Source: Lama glama (lineage: Eukaryota). Taken from it: DNA of 64,000 bases. The notes beneath the pieces were generated by a model, which searched no databases, was not told where the DNA came from, and saw only the letters and a list, made by a program, of their open reading frames with translations. The stretch lies in the NCBI GenBank assembly GCA_028534125.1, contig CM052832.1, forward strand, positions 34,596,001 through 34,660,000, read 5' to 3'. Positions within the stretch are counted from its first letter, which is position 1. Every line of letters begins with the position of its first letter. Of the stretch, positions 59,671 to 64,000 are shown in pieces. The position numbers were made by a program, and so were the translations under genes.

Positions 59671-62600
59671 CAGTGACTTGCTTTTCCCCAAAGTGCTCAC
59701 AACCAACAGACGAGAGGTCGTTAAGAACAAAAACGACAGACTAGAGCTTTTCGCACTTTCGCACACGTGTCCTCGGCCCGGGCTTAGTCGTTCGAACACT
59801 CCCCTCGCTCGCCACTTGCAGACGCTGAAAACCACGCTGACCCTGCCTTAAGCTGTGATCGCTAACCTTCAACGCCATCTTCTGGCTTACTCCTTTGCCA
59901 TATTGATCTCCTGGAAGTGATACAGATTTTTCACGATGAGGTGGATACAAAGAATTATGTGTCTTGATCACTAAACCTCCCGATGCCCTGTTCTCCGGGG
60001 AGCGAGGGGGTGGCAGGAAGGCGCTGCCTGGTGCTCACCAAAGACTTTTACATCTTAGTCATAGTTGAAACAGAAAGGACAGAAGCTTCTATGGTTGACC
60101 CTCCCCCACACACTTGAGAAAATCAAAGTGCTCCCCAGGAGAAGCCTGGACATCATCTTCACCTGTCACAGCTCACCAGCAAGTGAAAGCAAATAGGAAA
60201 TCAGTCCACTGAATGCTGTGGACACAAAAGCTGGTCGTCGCACTCTGCGAGGAGGCTATCTGCCCACGTTCGAGTGCTGTTCAGTGGAGCCCCATCTGAA
60301 GGGAGCTGTCCAATTTGCATTTCACATTTATTGTAAGGAAACTGTAAGAAAAGTTGAATTTACCTAAATTCAGTATTTTAAAAATCAATCTTTTAAAATT
60401 GTACATTCACGTGCTAGAAAAATGTTTCAGAAAAACTCATGCTAGACACACACCAAAAAATACTGAGACCTTGTTTTGGCTAAAACTACTTTCTCACAAA
60501 TTCATCCTTTAAAAAGGGGTGAGATTATACTGTATTAAAAACAGTGCAACTATATCATTGAAAAAGCTTAAGGGGCAGTAATTTTTAGTTACTTGTAAAA
60601 AAGCAGGACAATACTAAGAATGTTTTATTGTTGTGATGTAATTTATATAAGATAAATGTCTCCTCTAATGCTTTTTGGCTGAACACACATGCAGTATTAA
60701 TTATTACCTTTGCCCATGGCATCCTGTGTGGCAGGATTATGCTATTGTTGGATTATTTATTGTTATGTAAGTAGTGATGTATACTGTGCAACTGTACAGC
60801 AGTACACAGTGTGCTGTCCGAGAGTAACACGCTGCAGTGCCCCACACAGCACCCGACCGCGCTTCAGCGATGGAGGGCTCGTGTGTCACAGTGCGAGTGT
60901 GCTGCAGCACTGCGTGACGCGCAGTAGGGTATTACAGTGCTAACCGTTGTGCAACACTGTAGGACATCATTATCGTCTGCGGTTATTGACAGTTAAGTGC
61001 TCAGGCGTGGGGTCAGCGAGACTGGCTCCGATCTGTGAGGACTGTCGACTGAAGCCTCACCGTCCTGTCTCCGACAGAGGCAGTGCCTTCGCTGCCTCCA
61101 GCCCCGGGGCCAACGGGAGGGCGCTGAGCACACGTCTGGGGCGTCCCGTGCTCGGTTGTTGCTTATGCTGTGCTCGACATTTCGGGATGTTTCATGGACT
61201 TTGTCTCATTTGACCCCCCACCCCTAGGACAGGGCAGGCAGTGCTCAGGCCCCACCCTGGGCCGCCGTGGGCCATGGCCTGGGCCCCGTTCTGACCAGCC
61301 AGCGGTCCTTCACCCTGGTCTGCAGGCGTCTGGCTGCCTGCGGCGACAGTATCTCAGAATCAGCCTCCGAGTGCAGGCCTGCCAGCCTGGAGGGGACACT
61401 TCCACACTGGCCCGGCTCTGTCCGGGGTTGGGGGGTGACAGGCAGGCCTTCCGACCTTCTCGGCTGTGCCACCAGGCAGCCCCTGGACCTTCTTCCAGCC
61501 CTAGCTAGCTGTTTTCTTCCTTCCGCTCTTGGAACCAGTGGCCTTTTTGGTTATGCTGAGTTCAGAGTAAGAGAAGCTGCATTTTTTAAAGCCACTGACC
61601 TAACCACTGGCCCCCACTTCTTCCTCCAAAGCCGTATTCACACTGAGGAAACAAGGGAGCTGTCCTGACTCCCAGCCACTGCCCTCGAGTGTTTAATCCT
61701 CTGGGAAAACCTAACCTATAAGCCACTTGTGCAGGAGAGGAGTTGGGATAGAATGCTGTCTGGGAAAGAAATTAGTGTTAAATGCTGTCCCAGCACACCC
61801 GGATTAAAGGGTGGTGGACAAATCCCTGGCAATGCCAACGCGGCACTCAGATCTGGATCTTTTTGTACAGAGCTGTGTTCACTTTCCTAATTTAGTTCGC
61901 AGAGTGCCCTGAGCTTCAGTGAAGGAGCTTTGCAGAGGAGCCTGGAGGGCTCCCAGAGCTCAGCCACGGCAGCAGGAGTGACCTCACCACTCTGGGCAGG
62001 TTGGAAGCTGGGTTGTGATTTCAGTCAGTTATGCAGTAGAAAGTCAGGGAGTCAAAGACACTGTGTGAACAGCTGTCCCTTGTCTCCTCCTCTGGCCAGT
62101 GTTCTGAGAAGTGTCCTGTGACGCATCCTTTCTCTGACTCTACGTAAGCTTTAACAAGGGACCTCTTGATTCTGCGAACTCCCTTCTCCAAGTCAACAGA
62201 AGTGCGAGGTGTTTGCAATGACTTTGGGCAATTTTCTGAAAATTGAAGAAAGAGGTGAAAAGCCAGTTCCACTCATTTGCGGCAGTCCCTGAGGCTGGGC
62301 TTTCCTCAAGTTTGTTTGTCCACCCTCCTCCAGGCTGGACGTGGTGGGACATGCTGTCACCTGTCACACAGGAAGTGCCACTTCTGAGACTCGAGGGCCC
62401 TGTGGGTGGCAGGGTGTGTCTTCGGGAAAGGCTGCAGATCTCAGGGGCTTGGAGCCACGCAGGGCTGCCTCTTATTCACAGGAGCCATTCACTGCTGACC
62501 GTCACCACTCTGAGAATTCAGGCCAACAAAGCTGCATGTATCCAGAACAGTCCTGGTCACATGACATGGAGAAGGGGTGCAGGGAGGGCCACGCGGTGTT

Positions 62601-64000
62601 CCCTGAGCTTTCTCTCCAGTGACTCATGCTCCCCCATCACAAGGTGAGAGCTCTGCTGGAGAACAGACTGCCTGGTGAGCCTGGGGAGGCCGGAGAGGGA
62701 AGAAAGGCCAGGGACCCCGGGAGGCCCCAGGGAGAGCAGGGGGCTCTGGGACAAGGATGCGTGAAGGGGGGGTTAGAGGGGACGGCGTGCAGGAGGGTGG
62801 ATGTGGTACAGCGAGCTTGGAGCTAAAATTACTGGAGTTTCCAGGCTCAGAGATGGGGGAGGGTGTGACCAAGACCCAAACAAAGAAGTGTGGGGGAGGA
62901 GCAGACTTGTGTGGGACAAGACAGGGTGCTGGGGGCACGCCTCCCACCTGGCCTCCACGAGTGACCCCACTCCTAATCACCACCGGGCTCCCTGAGGCTG
63001 CATCCTGCTGAGGACACCTGTGGTGTGAGGTCCCACTCCTCCTGCCACCTCTTCCAGGCTGACCACCCCGTCCCCTTCCGTGTGGCCTTCTCTCTCTCCT
63101 CCTGGGCACCATCTTCTCTGCATGTGCCCAGCACCTCCCGGGCCTTGCGGGGTGTTCAGTCCTGCCTCTCTGGCCTGAAGGTACTTCAGCACCCTCAGAG
63201 CCATGTCCACGACCGCCTGCCTGCCTGGGTCCTGCTGGTCTCGGTGGGCGAGACTGAGGTTCCCGCTCACCCTCAGCCGGGCTGGCTAGCAACATGACAC
63301 CCATGACCAGCCAGGAGGAGCAGCAGGGCAGAGTCTGGGGGGCACATGTTGTCTGGCAGAAGAGGAGCCCCTGCCTCGTCTTCAAGTACGAGGAGCACCA
63401 GCCTTCGAAGGAGATGAGGGCCGCTCCTGCCGACTGAGCTTCAGGGCCGCCGACTCCGCAGCACGTCCACTGCGTGGCTGGGCCTTTGTCCTCACCTACT
63501 CGTCCCTCTTCACTGAGATGCAGTAGGCCCCCTCCCCTCAGCCTGTGGAGGGCAGGGCACGTCTCCCGAAGGGCAGTGGAGCAGAAAAACCCCTGTTCCA
63601 AGCAGGGCAAGGGGGCCTGAGGGCCAGGCAAGCAGCCAGACCGAGCCGGTGCGGGAACTGGGGGGAGGTGGGCACGGTGGTGCCTGGAGCGGGTGGAGGA
63701 GCCGCTGGCTGGGAAGCACCTGTCCCCCTGCCGCTTGGGGAGATTCTCCGCAGGCATCTTAGGCTGGAAATCATTGGTGCCTTATCTATGAGACAGCCTC
63801 TGACACAACAGATTAAGTGCTTTATACGCGTTAACTAATTTTAGCAAGAGTCCAAAGCTTTACCTTGGATTTTAGGCAACTCAAAAAAATCCTCTTTCAA
63901 CTCCTCTCCACATACGTTTAGCTCACAAAAATCGGAGCACATTTTCTATATAATGTTCTAAACTTTCATTTCTGAATGCAGATGACTGATTCGGTTTCAG

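Noticed and set aside
62624-63757. 377-aa ORF upstream of IRF4 on the same strand
   Set aside because: No resemblance to DUSP22 (the expected next gene) or any family I know; composition typical of spurious GC-rich ORFs.
1-64000. CRISPR arrays, tRNA/rRNA genes, prokaryote-type systems
   Set aside because: None seen; the window is intron-containing mammalian DNA with no regularly spaced repeat-spacer array or recognisable structural RNA gene.

Overview
Mammalian genomic DNA, GC- and CpG-rich, probably camelid (inferred only from the style of one younger L1 3' end at 31.1-31.8 kb). Two genes face each other tail to tail. The last four coding exons and 3' UTR of EXOC2 (Sec5) lie on + (953-~7500). 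The whole IRF4 gene lies on - (promoter/CpG island ~58.2 kb, 8 coding exons 56955-45109, polyA signal 41981-41986), with most of coding exon 2 lost in a 172-N gap. The ~34.5 kb between them holds decayed L1, L2, MIR, MLT1, Tigger1 and MER91 remnants and a 100-N gap. I found no credible novel protein-coding system; the long ORFs are GC-rich artefacts. The strongest signals are (1) an extreme AT-to-GC substitution bias in old transposons that also reaches EXOC2 and IRF4 protein sequence, consistent with GC-biased gene conversion, (2) the ortholog of the IRF4 intron-4 pigmentation enhancer with MITF boxes kept but the rs12203592/TFAP2A context changed, and (3) a perfect 24-bp palindrome, a TSD-flanked nested L1, a (GGGGCCC)n repeat and a tandem PRDM1/IRF site. 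All comparisons to human sequence and repeat consensi are from memory and need alignment to confirm.
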